Sequence record: SRR31156797_3528
Length of the DNA stretch: 39,777 nt
Strand: one strand, 5' to 3'
The stretch's first letter is position 1. Each line of letters begins with the position of its first letter. Below the pieces are notes generated by a model. That model did no database searches and was not told where the DNA came from. It was given only the letters and a program-made list of their open reading frames with translations. The position numbers and the translations under genes are program-made. Shown piece after piece: positions 16,894-26,984 of this stretch.

Positions 16894-18693
16894 ATGCAGG
16901 ATATTAGAAATATTGCTATTATAGCACACGTTGACCATGGTAAAACTACCTTGGTAGACAAGATGTTACTTGCTGGTAAGTTGTTTAAAGAACACCAGGA
17001 AGTAGGTGAGTTGATTATGGACAATAACGACTTGGAAAGAGAAAGAGGGATTACCATCTTGTCCAAGAATGTGTCTGTTAGATATAAGGATACCAAAATT
17101 AACATTATTGATACACCAGGTCACTCCGATTTTGGAGGTGAGGTAGAGCGTGTGTTAAATATGGCTGATGGTGTTTTATTATTAGTTGATGCTTTTGAAG
17201 GGCCTATGCCTCAAACACGTTTTGTACTTCAAAAGGCAATTGGTCTTGGATTAAAGCCAATTGTTGTTATCAACAAGGTAGATAAGCAAAACTGTCGCCC
17301 AGAGGAAGTTCAGGAAGCAGTTTTTGATTTAATGTTTAACCTGGGTGCTACAGAAGAACAACTTGACTTTGTGACTATTTATGGTTCTGCAAAAAATGGT
17401 TGGATGAGTACAGATTGGAAAGAGCAAACAGATAATATTTCAGCTGTATTTGATGCAGTTATCGAAAATATTCCTGCACCGGAGTATGAAGGGGGTACGC
17501 CTCAAATGTTAATTACCTCTTTGGATCACTCTCCATATACAGGACGAATTGCAATTGGTCGTGTGCAGAGAGGTGAGCTTAAAACAAATCAATTGGTTTC
17601 TTTAGTAAATCGTGATGGATCTATCACTAAAACTAAGATCAAAGAAATTAATGTTTTTGAAGGCCTTGGTAAAGTGAAGGTTGATGAGGTGAAGTGTGGT
17701 GAATTATGTGCCTTAATTGGATTAGAGAATTTTGAAATTGGTGATACAGTTGCTGATGCAGAAAATCCGGAACCATTAGATCCAATTGCTATTGATGAAC
17801 CTACTATGAGTATGCTTTTTACCATTAATAACTCACCTTTCTTTGGTCAGGATGGTAAATTTGTAACATCTCGTCACATCAAAGATAGATTAGATGCAGA
17901 GTTGGAGAAAAACCTTGCATTAAGAGTTGAGGATACAGAATCGGCAGATGCATGGAATGTGTTTGGTCGTGGTGTTCTTCACTTGTCTGTTTTGATTGAA
18001 ACCATGCGTCGTGAGGGTTATGAGTTACAAGTAGGGCAGCCAAGAGTAATTATTAAAGAAATTGGTGGTATTAAGCACGAACCTGTAGAGGAATTAACCA
18101 TTGATTTACCAGATGAATATTCTGGTAAGGCCATTGAAATGGTTCAGTTAAGAAAAGGTGAAATGCTGAATATGGAGCGTAAAGGAGATCGTGTATTGAT
18201 CGAATTCCATATTCCATCCAGAGGTATCATTGGTTTAAGAAATGCCTTATTAACAGCAACTGCAGGAGAAGCTATTATGGCACACCGTTTTGTTGAATTT
18301 CAACCATTGAAAGGAGAAATTAACAAACGACTAAACGGATCGCTAATTGCCATGGAAGATGGTGCTGCTATACCATATGCGTTGGATAAGTTGCAGGATA
18401 GAGGTAAATTCTTTGTTTCGCCACAAGAGAAAATATACAAAGGACAAGTAATTGGAGAGAATAATAGGGATGGTGATTTAACGGTTAATATTACAAAAAC
18501 CAAAAAATTGACGAACATGCGTACGCAAAGTTCTGATGAAAAGGTTAAATTAGCTCCACCAATTATTTTTTCTTTAGAAGAAGCATTGGAATATATTCAA
18601 GGAGATGAATATGTTGAGGTTACTCCTCAAGCAATTCGTATTCGAAAGATATATCTTGAAGAACATGAACGTAAACGTTTAGCAAAGCAATAA
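16894..18693 (+). CDS. typA: Translational GTPase TypA/BipA
   Basis: IRNIAIIAHVDHGKTT, ERGITI, DTPGH, NKVD and GRGVLHLSVLIETMRREG motifs. Start moved from the TTG at 16870, which lies inside the promoter element. Confidence 0.98.
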   Translation: MQDIRNIAIIAHVDHGKTTLVDKMLLAGKLFKEHQEVGELIMDNNDLERERGITILSKNVSVRYKDTKINIIDTPGHSDFGGEVERVLNMADGVLLLVDAFEGPMPQTRFVLQKAIGLGLKPIVVINKVDKQNCRPEEVQEAVFDLMFNLGATEEQLDFVTIYGSAKNGWMSTDWKEQTDNISAVFDAVIENIPAPEYEGGTPQMLITSLDHSPYTGRIAIGRVQRGELKTNQLVSLVNRDGSITKTKIKEINVFEGLGKVKVDEVKCGELCALIGLENFEIGDTVADAENPEPLDPIAIDEPTMSMLFTINNSPFFGQDGKFVTSRHIKDRLDAELEKNLALRVEDTESADAWNVFGRGVLHLSVLIETMRREGYELQVGQPRVIIKEIGGIKHEPVEELTIDLPDEYSGKAIEMVQLRKGEMLNMERKGDRVLIEFHIPSRGIIGLRNALLTATAGEAIMAHRFVEFQPLKGEINKRLNGSLIAMEDGAAIPYALDKLQDRGKFFVSPQEKIYKGQVIGENNRDGDLTVNITKTKKLTNMRTQSSDEKVKLAPPIIFSLEEALEYIQGDEYVEVTPQAIRIRKIYLEEHERKRLAKQ

Positions 18694-18742
18694 ATAGTAA
18701 TAAAAATTATTTATTGATTTGCTGTTTTTCGAGTTAGCAAGT

Positions 18743-18772
18743 TGCCGCATCTTTAAGGTGCGGCATTTTTTT
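18743..18772 (+). terminator. Rho-independent terminator after typA
   Basis: tgccgcatct-tta-aggtgcggca followed by T7. Confidence 0.88.
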
Positions 18773-18917
18773 AATTAGCAATTAACATATAGCTATATAC
18801 ACAAATTAGTCATCTGGCCATCTGAGCAAAATTGTCATTCGTCATGTGATTATTCATTTTATTGTTATAGTTTTATGTCGGTAAATAAATATTAGTTCAT
18901 TTTTTAATCACTTTTCC

Positions 18918-19937
18918 ATGAGCAAAATCGATTGGGCAAACTTGTCGTTCAGTTATATCAAAACGGATTATAACGTTCGAAGTTATTTTAAAGACGGCCA
19001 ATGGAGCGAGCTTGAAGAGACTACATCTGAAGAGCTTACCATTCACATGGCTGCGACATCTGTTCATTACGGTCAGGAGGCTTTTGAAGGACTTAAGGCC
19101 TTTAAAGGGAAAGACGGGAAAGTACGCATTTTCAGAATGGAAGAAAATGCAAAACGTCTACAAGACTCCGCCGAAGGAATATTAATGCAACCTGTTCCTA
19201 CAGAACTATTCAGTAAAGCCGTCGTCCGCGCAGTCGAACTCAATATGAAATTTGTACCACCTTACGAATCAGGAGCTGCACTTTATATTCGTCCTTTATT
19301 AATTGGTTCTGGACCAAAAGTTGGTGTTTCGCCTTCAGATGAGTATACTTTTTTAGTATTTGTAACACCGGTGGGACCTTATTTTAAAGAAGGTTTTAAA
19401 CCTACTAAGCAAATGATTAGTCGTAAATATGACAGAGCTGCACCAAATGGTACAGGTCATTTAAAAGTAGGGGGTAACTATGCGGCCAGTATGCGTGCTG
19501 GTAAAATTGCCCATGAAGGTGGATATTCTTCTGTTTTATATTTAGATAGTAAAGAGAAAAAATATATTGACGAAGCAGGTCCGGCTAACTTTTTTGCCAT
19601 CAAGGGAAATAAGTATGTAACACCATTATCTCATTCTATTTTGCCAAGTATTACCAATATGAGTTTAATACAATTGGCTGAAGATATGGGTATGTCGATT
19701 GAAAGACGTCGTGTTGCTTTAGAAGAGTTGGCAGAGTTTGATGAGGTGGGTGCATGTGGAACGGCAGCTGTAATTAGTCCTATTGGCCAAATTGATGATG
19801 TGGATGAAAATAAATCATATCAATTTGGAGATCCTAAAGTTGCGGGGCCGGTTTGTACTAAATTGTATAACAAATTAAGAGGTATTCAATATGGAGATGA
19901 ACCTGATGCACACGGTTGGGTAACCATTATTGAGTAA
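18918..19937 (+). CDS. ilvE: Branched-chain amino acid aminotransferase
   Basis: HYGQEAFEGLKA, LYIRP, PLP-lysine KVGGNYAAS, ILPSIT and GACGTAAVISPI motifs. Confidence 0.97.
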   Translation: MSKIDWANLSFSYIKTDYNVRSYFKDGQWSELEETTSEELTIHMAATSVHYGQEAFEGLKAFKGKDGKVRIFRMEENAKRLQDSAEGILMQPVPTELFSKAVVRAVELNMKFVPPYESGAALYIRPLLIGSGPKVGVSPSDEYTFLVFVTPVGPYFKEGFKPTKQMISRKYDRAAPNGTGHLKVGGNYAASMRAGKIAHEGGYSSVLYLDSKEKKYIDEAGPANFFAIKGNKYVTPLSHSILPSITNMSLIQLAEDMGMSIERRRVALEELAEFDEVGACGTAAVISPIGQIDDVDENKSYQFGDPKVAGPVCTKLYNKLRGIQYGDEPDAHGWVTIIE

Positions 19938-19956
19938 CAGAAGAAATATATAAAGT

Positions 19957-19990
19957 AAATGCCGGAATAAAACTTCCGGCATTTTTTATT
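19957..19990. terminator. Terminator between convergent ilvE and TraB/GumN genes (possibly bidirectional)
   Basis: aaatgccggaa...ttccggcattt hairpin with a T tract on the right and an A-rich flank on the left. Confidence 0.82.
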
Positions 19991-20845
19991 TTAAAGAACT
20001 GGCTCAACTTTGTAGCCTTTTTCTTTTAATAAGTTTAAGAATCCTTTTTCTCCAGCTAAATGGCCTGCTCCAACAGCAAAGAAAGTTGATTTGGTATTGG
20101 CGATATTATCAAACTTTTCAGCCCAATCTTTATTACGATTAAAGATTAATAAGTCTTTATGCTCAGGCATACTCCACTCGCTCTCGTCCATCATATTTAA
20201 TAAACCATAAATATCTTCATCTTTATATAAAGACACAAGTTGTGTAAATTCTTTAGTGGCCTTATCTTTTTGTTTAACGAAATCTGCAATCATCTTATAT
20301 TGCTCATCAAATGGAATCTGATCAAAAAGGCTCATTTGAAATTCAATAGTTTCCAGCCCTAGCACATCTTTATTCTCTTCCTTAGCCATATTGGCAAATA
20401 CCGTTTCAAAGGCCATTGGCTGGCAAGATAAAATGGACATATAGCCCATAGATAGTAACATGAGCGGTTTCATAGCTCCAAGTTTATCCATTCCTGCACC
20501 TAATTTTGTTTTAAAGGTATTATCCAATAGTGCATACTCATCATCAGTAAGGTAATCTTTTACAGATTTGCCATTATTGAGCATGGCTAGTCCCATCATT
20601 TTTTGCATCATTTGCGGATCGTCAAAATCAACTTCCAGATAAACCTGTTCGGTTCTTGAAAATGCAGATTTAATCTCATCACGCATCGTATAATCCTGCG
20701 GACAAATTAAATGAATAGTTCCATAAATGTAGGAGGGTTGTTTTAATTCATTTCCGGATACTTTCCAAAGTAAAGATTTCTCCTGAGCTAAGCCTGCAAT
20801 GCTAAAAAGTAGGCAGAGGGTTAAAGATAATGTTAATCTTCTCAT
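19991..20845 (-). CDS. TraB/GumN family protein (Tiki-like metalloprotease fold), exported
   Basis: Signal peptide; LLWKVSG, SYIYGTIH, GLETIEFQ, RNKDW and FFAVGAGHL motifs; TACATTTG promoter element at 20883-20876. Confidence 0.92.
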   Translation of the reverse strand: MRRLTLSLTLCLLFSIAGLAQEKSLLWKVSGNELKQPSYIYGTIHLICPQDYTMRDEIKSAFSRTEQVYLEVDFDDPQMMQKMMGLAMLNNGKSVKDYLTDDEYALLDNTFKTKLGAGMDKLGAMKPLMLLSMGYMSILSCQPMAFETVFANMAKEENKDVLGLETIEFQMSLFDQIPFDEQYKMIADFVKQKDKATKEFTQLVSLYKDEDIYGLLNMMDESEWSMPEHKDLLIFNRNKDWAEKFDNIANTKSTFFAVGAGHLAGEKGFLNLLKEKGYKVEPVL

Positions 20846-20952
20846 TTTTATTAAGTTTAATTAATTTGTTATACTCAAATGTAAGTATAAACTTTTAACT
20901 AAACGAGAATGAAAAATATTTTGAAAATTTAAGTTGGCCTTGTAAAAGTTAT

Positions 20953-21333
20953 TTAAACGGCACGTCTTTCTTCAACGATCATCAAGGCTTCTTCTCTTAT
21001 AATGTTGGGGAGTTCTACTTTTCTAAGTTGCATACTTTTCATCCAACTGGCTACTTCTATTTCCTGAAGTGTGTACAATACGTCTCTAAATTCTTCAATG
21101 GCTTCATCGGAATATTCATTTGCATTAGTCCCCTTAAATCGGTCCAGCTCTTCATCACTGAAGTATTCAATTTTGTCACTTGAACTTAACAGGCTATCAG
21201 CTTCACAAACCTCGTGGGCTCCACAGCAATCATCAGCAATTTCTTTTGTCTCCTCTTCTTGATCTGGTTTACTGCGAGATACAAACCAGGCCACAACCAA
21301 CGCCACTATTATCAGAACTACTATATAAATCAT
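20953..21333 (-). CDS. Conserved Bacteroidota membrane-anchored protein with CCGxHxVC motif
   Basis: N-terminal TM helix, CCGAHEVCE, IEYFSDEELD and FRDVLYTL motifs; function not established. Confidence 0.75.
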   Translation of the reverse strand: MIYIVVLIIVALVVAWFVSRSKPDQEEETKEIADDCCGAHEVCEADSLLSSSDKIEYFSDEELDRFKGTNANEYSDEAIEEFRDVLYTLQEIEVASWMKSMQLRKVELPNIIREEALMIVEERRAV

Positions 21334-21430
21334 GCTGCAAAATTATAAAATGTAATACGAATAACATTGTAATTCAGCTGAATGTTTTAGAGATAATTGA
21401 AAATAAATAAGGTAAGAATGCGAAGACTTA

Positions 21431-22567
21431 TTAGCTCGGACAAAGAGATTTAATGGTAAAGTCTACAATGGCGCCGTGGTTTTGTTTATTTTTTAAATCC
21501 AGATGTCCCGAATGTGCTTCTGTAACCAGTTTTATTAGTGCTAAATCCAAACCACTGCCTTGCCTTTTGTAATCGGTGTCAGTTATAAATAAACCTCCAA
21601 GATTATTAAGTACGTTTTCTGGGAAACCAGGCCCTTCGTCTTCAATATATATTGATAGGAGATTACTTTGTTGTTTACAGGTAATAGAAATGGAACCGCC
21701 GTCTGAATTATATTTAATGGCATTTCCTATAAGACTATTTATGCATGTAGTTAAAAGTTCCTTGTCCGCTAAAATAGAATCTGTTTCTACAAAATTTAGG
21801 TTTATTGCTTGTTTTTTATTCTGGATGTCCGTGTCTTTAGTTGCAATTATTTCATTAATAAAATCTTCAATTTTAATATTCTGAATTTGAAGTTTGTATT
21901 TTTTAATTCGAATTGCCATTATTTTTTCAGAGAACATTAAAAAATGTTCCAGTCGATTTACAGACTGCTCCAATAGCCTAAAAAGCTCAGAGTAATTGGT
22001 TTGGTCAGTATTACTTAATTCTGCTTTAAATAATTCAGTAGCCCCCAATAGTCCATTTAGTGGTGTTCTGATTTCGTGATTTATAATTTGAAGAAATTCT
22101 TGTTTTAAACTCTCCATGTCAATTAAATCTGTGTTTAACTTTGAGAGCTCAGCGTTCTTCTTTTTTATATTTTTAATCAGAATTTCATTTTTTCGCTCCA
22201 GATTGTATTTAGAAAGTGCTGCATCTATAATCAATTGAAAACTGGTTTCATTCCAGGGTTTTTGAACATATTGAAAAATGTCAGCTTCATTAATCGCATC
22301 TTTCAAAGCGTCAAAATCGGTGTAGCCAGTTACTAAAATTCTGCCTGGTTGTGGGTATCTTAGTTTTACTTCCTTTAAAAATTCCACACCTGACATAAGC
22401 GGCATTCTTTGATCGCTTATTACTAAATCAATATTTTCTTTATTGAGGATGTCGAGTCCATCCTCGGCCGATGTGGCAGTGAAGATGGTGTATCTTCGCC
22501 GAAACATATTTTTGAAGATACTTAAATTAGCAATTTCATCATCAACGTATAAAATAGAGAATTTCAT
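21431..22567 (-). CDS. Cytoplasmic hybrid kinase (REC-HisKA-HATPase)
   Basis: YVDDE and SDQRMP receiver motifs, H-box NHEIRTPLNG, N-box NAIKY, G1 DEGPG; G2 box is atypical (GSGLDL). Confidence 0.9.
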   Translation of the reverse strand: MKFSILYVDDEIANLSIFKNMFRRRYTIFTATSAEDGLDILNKENIDLVISDQRMPLMSGVEFLKEVKLRYPQPGRILVTGYTDFDALKDAINEADIFQYVQKPWNETSFQLIIDAALSKYNLERKNEILIKNIKKKNAELSKLNTDLIDMESLKQEFLQIINHEIRTPLNGLLGATELFKAELSNTDQTNYSELFRLLEQSVNRLEHFLMFSEKIMAIRIKKYKLQIQNIKIEDFINEIIATKDTDIQNKKQAINLNFVETDSILADKELLTTCINSLIGNAIKYNSDGGSISITCKQQSNLLSIYIEDEGPGFPENVLNNLGGLFITDTDYKRQGSGLDLALIKLVTEAHSGHLDLKNKQNHGAIVDFTIKSLCPS

Positions 22568-22651
22568 AAGAAATTTGATCGGTGGTTTATGAATTTTGGA
22601 AAAAATAGTAAAAAATTATCATACCCACTAATAATAGACTGTATTAGTTAT

Positions 22652-23038
22652 TTAATTACAATGTTGATTAGCAGATAGAATAATCTCCATTAATTCTTCT
22701 TTTTTCCAGGGTTTCGAAACAAACTGAAAAAGATTAAGTTGATCATAAGCCATTTCAATTTCTTCCGGAGGAGTATATCCTGAAAGGATAAGACGGCTGG
22801 GAGGGATATCCGGATATATTTCTTTTACTTTTTTCAAAAAATCTATACCTGTCATTTCGGGCATCATTTGATCTGTAATGATCATGTCAATCTGATGTTC
22901 TTTTAATATGGCCAGTCCTTCACTTGCACTTGTTGACAGATGTATGGTAAATTCTCTTCGAAAGGCATTTTTAAATATCGATAAGTTACTTTCTTCATCG
23001 TCAACGTATAGAATGTTTATTGCTTTAGTATCACTCAT
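22652..23038 (-). CDS. Single-domain response regulator (REC only)
   Basis: YVDDE, TDQMMP, LSGY and KPW motifs; no output domain. Confidence 0.92.
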   Translation of the reverse strand: MSDTKAINILYVDDEESNLSIFKNAFRREFTIHLSTSASEGLAILKEHQIDMIITDQMMPEMTGIDFLKKVKEIYPDIPPSRLILSGYTPPEEIEMAYDQLNLFQFVSKPWKKEELMEIILSANQHCN

Positions 23039-23039
23039 T

Positions 23040-25040
23040 TTATTTTTGGGTTTGAATTAGTGGTAGTTTAATCATAAATGTGGTTCCTTTATTTACTTCT
23101 GATTGCACTGAAATTTCTCCATTGTGCTCTTCAATTATAGAGTATGTCAAAGATAAGCCTAAGCCCATTCCTTTGCCAACTTCTTTTGTGGTAAAAAACG
23201 GATCGAAGATCTTTTTCTGATTCTCCTCACTTATTCCTGATCCATTGTCCTCAATACTTATATAAAAACTTGTACTGTCACTCATTGTTTCAATATCGAT
23301 CAGCCCTTTTTCTTTTATGGAATCGATGGCATTGCTGAGTATATTCATCAAAACCTGATTTATTTTACCAGATAAACATTGTATTTGAGGTGCATTGTAA
23401 TGGTAGTTTTTAGTTATTTGAACGTGATTTTTATATTTATTCTTTAACAGCACTAATACATTGTCTATCTCTTCGTGAATATTAGCTGTTTGCCATTCAT
23501 CTGTTTCAATACGGGAGAACTTCCTTAGGCCGGATACAATTTCGGTTATTCTGTCCGAGCCTAGCTTTATGTGTTTAATAGTGTCTTCCAGACTGTCTAC
23601 AGCTTCCTGGAATTCGAGTTCTTTTTTGAGTTGAATAATTTCTTTTATCTTTTGAGGTAAATCTTGGTCTTGTGGTTGAAGTTGGTTTACTTTATTGATC
23701 ACCGGTTTGATATCTTCCATATCCCGGCTTATATTGTTTACACCTCCATAAATAAAATTAACAGGATTATTAATTTCATGTGCTATCCCGGCTGTCAACA
23801 CCCCTAACGAAGCCATTTTTTCTGATTGAACCAGCTGTTTTTGTGCAGACTTTAGTTTTTCAAGCGTTGCTACTAATTCCTCCTTTTGTTGCTGTAGTTC
23901 CTCATGTGTTGATTTTAATGAAACATGAGATTGGTTAAGTTCTGAATATAAAGACTCTATTCGTTCATTCTTTTCTCTTAATGCCTGATTTATTTTTTTC
24001 TTTTTGGTGTACTGGTAAATAATTACAATAAATAATAATAGCGCAAGAATTAACAGCCCGGTAATATAGTTTATTAGTTTCCGCTGAGTGCCAATGGTCA
24101 TCTCTTTGGATTCAAGAATCTTAATTTGGTCATTAATTTTATTTGTTCTATCAGAGATTTCTTTTTGGTTTTTCCGCATCACAGACTTCTGCTCATCAAT
24201 AGTGTCATTGTATTCCTTTATTCTGCTTTCTTGCTCACCTATAGCTTTTTCTTTTTCCGATAAAGAATGGTTTATGTAATTATATTGCTGCCTTAAAGAA
24301 TCAATGTTGCTAATGTTTTTTCTGATTTCATATTGTTGTTTCAGCAATTCTGATTGATGAATGTCAATATCTTTGTTCAGGTCATTTATGACCTCTTCCT
24401 TCAAGTGTAGTTGTTCGTTAATTTGAGAAAGAAGATTTTGTTGCGTTTCTACCTCTTGCCGTGCTTTTTGAAGTGAATCCAGCGTAGTTTCGAATAACTT
24501 TAAGACTTCCAACTTAGAGCCTCCCAGTAATAATAAGTTAGCAGTTACGTATAAGTTCGATTTTAAGATATTGACTTGGTTAATTTCAAATTGAAGATAC
24601 TTGTTATCTTTAATGTAAAAATTAACCATAATATCCTGCTTGTCCTGAAAATTATTGCTTATGAGTAGGATATGCTTGTCTTGTGTTTTTTCTTTAAGTT
24701 TATTGATGGAACCACCCCAATCTTCGCTGATATATAATAAATTTATATCAGAAATATTATTTAAGGCGTATAGAGATCTTATTTTAATGGGAAGATCATG
24801 AATCTTTTTCCCCTTTGTATATTTTAAGAATTTTTTAAGAAAATCTTGTTCATCACCCAAAAAGCCAATATTAAAATGGGTAGCGTTATTAAATTGATGT
24901 GGCCATATGGTGTTTTCAGCAATAAAAAATAAGTGTTTTGATTTTATTTCAGAGGCATCAAGCTTTTGTCCAACCACAATAGTTGAATTTATAAATAGTA
25001 ATAAAACTAAACTTAATGTAGAAATTATTTTGTAGGTCAT
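23040..25040 (-). CDS. Membrane sensor histidine kinase with YfiR/HmsC(DUF4154)-like periplasmic domain and long coiled coil
   Basis: Signal/TM; IKSKHLFFIAENTIWP, NLLYIS, VNFY and FEIN motifs (YfiR-like); long heptad coiled coil; TM; LVQSEKMASLGVLTAGIAHEINNP, NAIDS, DNGSG, FDPFFTTK and GMGLGL. Confidence 0.85.
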   Translation of the reverse strand: MTYKIISTLSLVLLLFINSTIVVGQKLDASEIKSKHLFFIAENTIWPHQFNNATHFNIGFLGDEQDFLKKFLKYTKGKKIHDLPIKIRSLYALNNISDINLLYISEDWGGSINKLKEKTQDKHILLISNNFQDKQDIMVNFYIKDNKYLQFEINQVNILKSNLYVTANLLLLGGSKLEVLKLFETTLDSLQKARQEVETQQNLLSQINEQLHLKEEVINDLNKDIDIHQSELLKQQYEIRKNISNIDSLRQQYNYINHSLSEKEKAIGEQESRIKEYNDTIDEQKSVMRKNQKEISDRTNKINDQIKILESKEMTIGTQRKLINYITGLLILALLLFIVIIYQYTKKKKINQALREKNERIESLYSELNQSHVSLKSTHEELQQQKEELVATLEKLKSAQKQLVQSEKMASLGVLTAGIAHEINNPVNFIYGGVNNISRDMEDIKPVINKVNQLQPQDQDLPQKIKEIIQLKKELEFQEAVDSLEDTIKHIKLGSDRITEIVSGLRKFSRIETDEWQTANIHEEIDNVLVLLKNKYKNHVQITKNYHYNAPQIQCLSGKINQVLMNILSNAIDSIKEKGLIDIETMSDSTSFYISIEDNGSGISEENQKKIFDPFFTTKEVGKGMGLGLSLTYSIIEEHNGEISVQSEVNKGTTFMIKLPLIQTQK

Positions 25041-25158
25041 TGAAATAAAACTTGCATTAAAATTATAATTTTTTAATCAATAATAGAATGTTATTCTAGT
25101 GTATAGACTTATTGTTTTGGATTTTAAAAGATGATAGAATTATAAAATTAAGTATGAT

Positions 25159-25910
25159 ATGTGTTTTACTGTAAAATATATAACGCAAAAGAAACTGAAG
25201 TATGCCAAAAGAAGAGGAGACAGACCTGATGAAATCAGCCGAATAGAAAAGGATTTGGAAAGTTTTAATTTGCAAGCGCAATATGCTGCATCAGGTTTTT
25301 CACACCCTAAGCTCTTGGTTTTTCGTGATTGTACCCCATTGATTCCGGAATTTATTCCCTGGGGATTAATTCCGCATTGGGTAAAAAATGATGAACAAGC
25401 AGCACAAATTCAGAACAAAACGCTAAATGCGCGGGGAGAGACAATTTTTGAAAAGCCTTCTTTTAAAAAGGCAGCTCTTGATCAGCGCTGTTTAATCATG
25501 GTGGATGGTTTTTATGATTATCATTATAAGAATGGTAAAGCCTATCCTTTTTATATTCAGTATAAGGATAAAGAACCAATGGTATTTGCAGGTTTGTGGG
25601 ACATGTATCAAGGTCAACCGACAGTAACAATAGTTACGAACAAGGCAGAAGGGGTTGTTAAAACGATTCACAATAATCCAAAAAATAAGGAAGCTGAACG
25701 CCATTAATCTTAAATACGGAAACGGAAAAAAGTTGGTTAAATCCTGAATTCAACAGTACTAAACTTGCATCTATTTTACATCATTCTATAGATCAAAACA
25801 TAGAAGCTTATCCGGTTTTACCTTTAAAAGGTAAGCTAAGTCCGGGAAATAGTAGCCAAGCTTCAGAACCTTATTGTTATCCGGAGTTGCAGGAAAATAC
25901 CTTGTTTTAA
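25159..25910 (+). pseudogene. SOS response-associated peptidase (SRAP/YedK/HMCES family), frameshifted at about 25696-25704
   Basis: MC start with catalytic Cys2, WGLIPHW, LNARGET, RCLI, FAGLW and IHN; stop at 25707. The alternate frame 25701-25910 encodes PLIL...WL...EAYPV...GN...YPEL, the expected C-terminus. Confidence 0.85.
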
Positions 25911-26002
25911 GAAAACAATGAAAATTAAGACAACTCTTTTACTTTAGGTATTGCCTGTAATGTTTGCTCACATTTTAAGAATCGCTATCTTCGAAAGAAA
26001 AA

Positions 26003-26380
26003 ATGTCTTTACTCGGAAATATAATTTGGTTATTATTTGGTGGCTTTATGATTGCTATTGAATATTTGGTTGCGAGCCTTTTTTTAATGATATCGATTGT
26101 GGGTATACCCTTTGGTATTCAAACCTTAAAGTTAGCGAGTCTTGCTATTTGGCCATTTGGTCGCGAAGCGGTTCAAACCGAACTTGCATCTGGTTGTCTT
26201 TCTATAATAATGAATGTACTTTGGATTTTAGTAGGAGGTATTTGGATTGCGTTGTCGCATTTATTTTGGGGTATTTTACTAAGTATAACCATTATAGGAA
26301 TTCCTTTTGGAAGACAGCATTTTAAATTGGCATCCATTGCTTTAACGCCTTTCGGAAGAGAAATACGCTATAGAAAATAG
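26003..26380 (+). CDS. yccF: YccF domain inner-membrane protein
   Basis: Duplicated NxxW..GG...IxGIPFG...KLA...PFG repeat. Confidence 0.93.
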   Translation: MSLLGNIIWLLFGGFMIAIEYLVASLFLMISIVGIPFGIQTLKLASLAIWPFGREAVQTELASGCLSIIMNVLWILVGGIWIALSHLFWGILLSITIIGIPFGRQHFKLASIALTPFGREIRYRK

Positions 26381-26543
26381 GTTCGGGAATCCTTTTAAGA
26401 TTATATAAAACCTTGAAAAGTTGACGCTATTGATATAATTGGAAAAAAGTAAGCACATGAAATGAGCCATGAGAGAAACCTCTCTCACACTTGAATAACT
26501 AATTTGGCGAGTATTATGTGATAATTAAATAGAATACAGACAC

Positions 26544-26984
26544 ATGAAAAGTTTTATAAGTAAGTTATTAAAGACCTTGGGTGTCTTTATTTTAAGATAT
26601 GGATTGGGGATTGTTATCATTTGGCTTGGATTCTTAAAATTTAAAAATTCAGAGGCTGAGTATACCCACCAACTAATATCAGGTGGATATATGGCGTGGA
26701 TTTTAAAATATATAACTCCATATGCGTTAAATCAAATAGTGGCCTATTTGCAAATTTTAATAGGTGTTTTCATTATGCTTAAAGCTGTATCTAAACCTTT
26801 GTCATTTTGGGGTGGAGTTGCAGCAGCTATTATTTTCTTATTTAGTATTTCATTATTATTTACCTCAAATGTAGTCTGGCAAACGGGTTATGGATTTCCT
26901 GAACTGAGTAAAATAGGGCAAACCATTTTAAAGGATCTGGTGCTCTTTGGGGCTGCAGCCTGGTGTGTTGGAGATAGTATGTAA
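26544..26984 (+). CDS. DUF417 (YkgB/RclC-like) membrane protein
   Basis: LRYGL..VIIWLGFLKF..EA, SLLFT, GFPELS..GQ.ILKDLVL motifs. Confidence 0.85.
   Translation: MKSFISKLLKTLGVFILRYGLGIVIIWLGFLKFKNSEAEYTHQLISGGYMAWILKYITPYALNQIVAYLQILIGVFIMLKAVSKPLSFWGGVAAAIIFLFSISLLFTSNVVWQTGYGFPELSKIGQTILKDLVLFGAAAWCVGDSM

Noticed and set aside
25678..25688. Programmed -1 frameshift or homopolymer error at the A6 run (CCA AAA AAT) of the SRAP gene
   Set aside because: Shifting there runs straight into TAA at 25686 and TGA at 25695 in the target frame, so the lesion must lie at 25696-25704.
26470..26487. tgagaga-aacc-tctctca inverted repeat upstream of the DUF417 gene
   Set aside because: It is a low-complexity 7-bp stem with no T tract, which is insufficient to assign a function.
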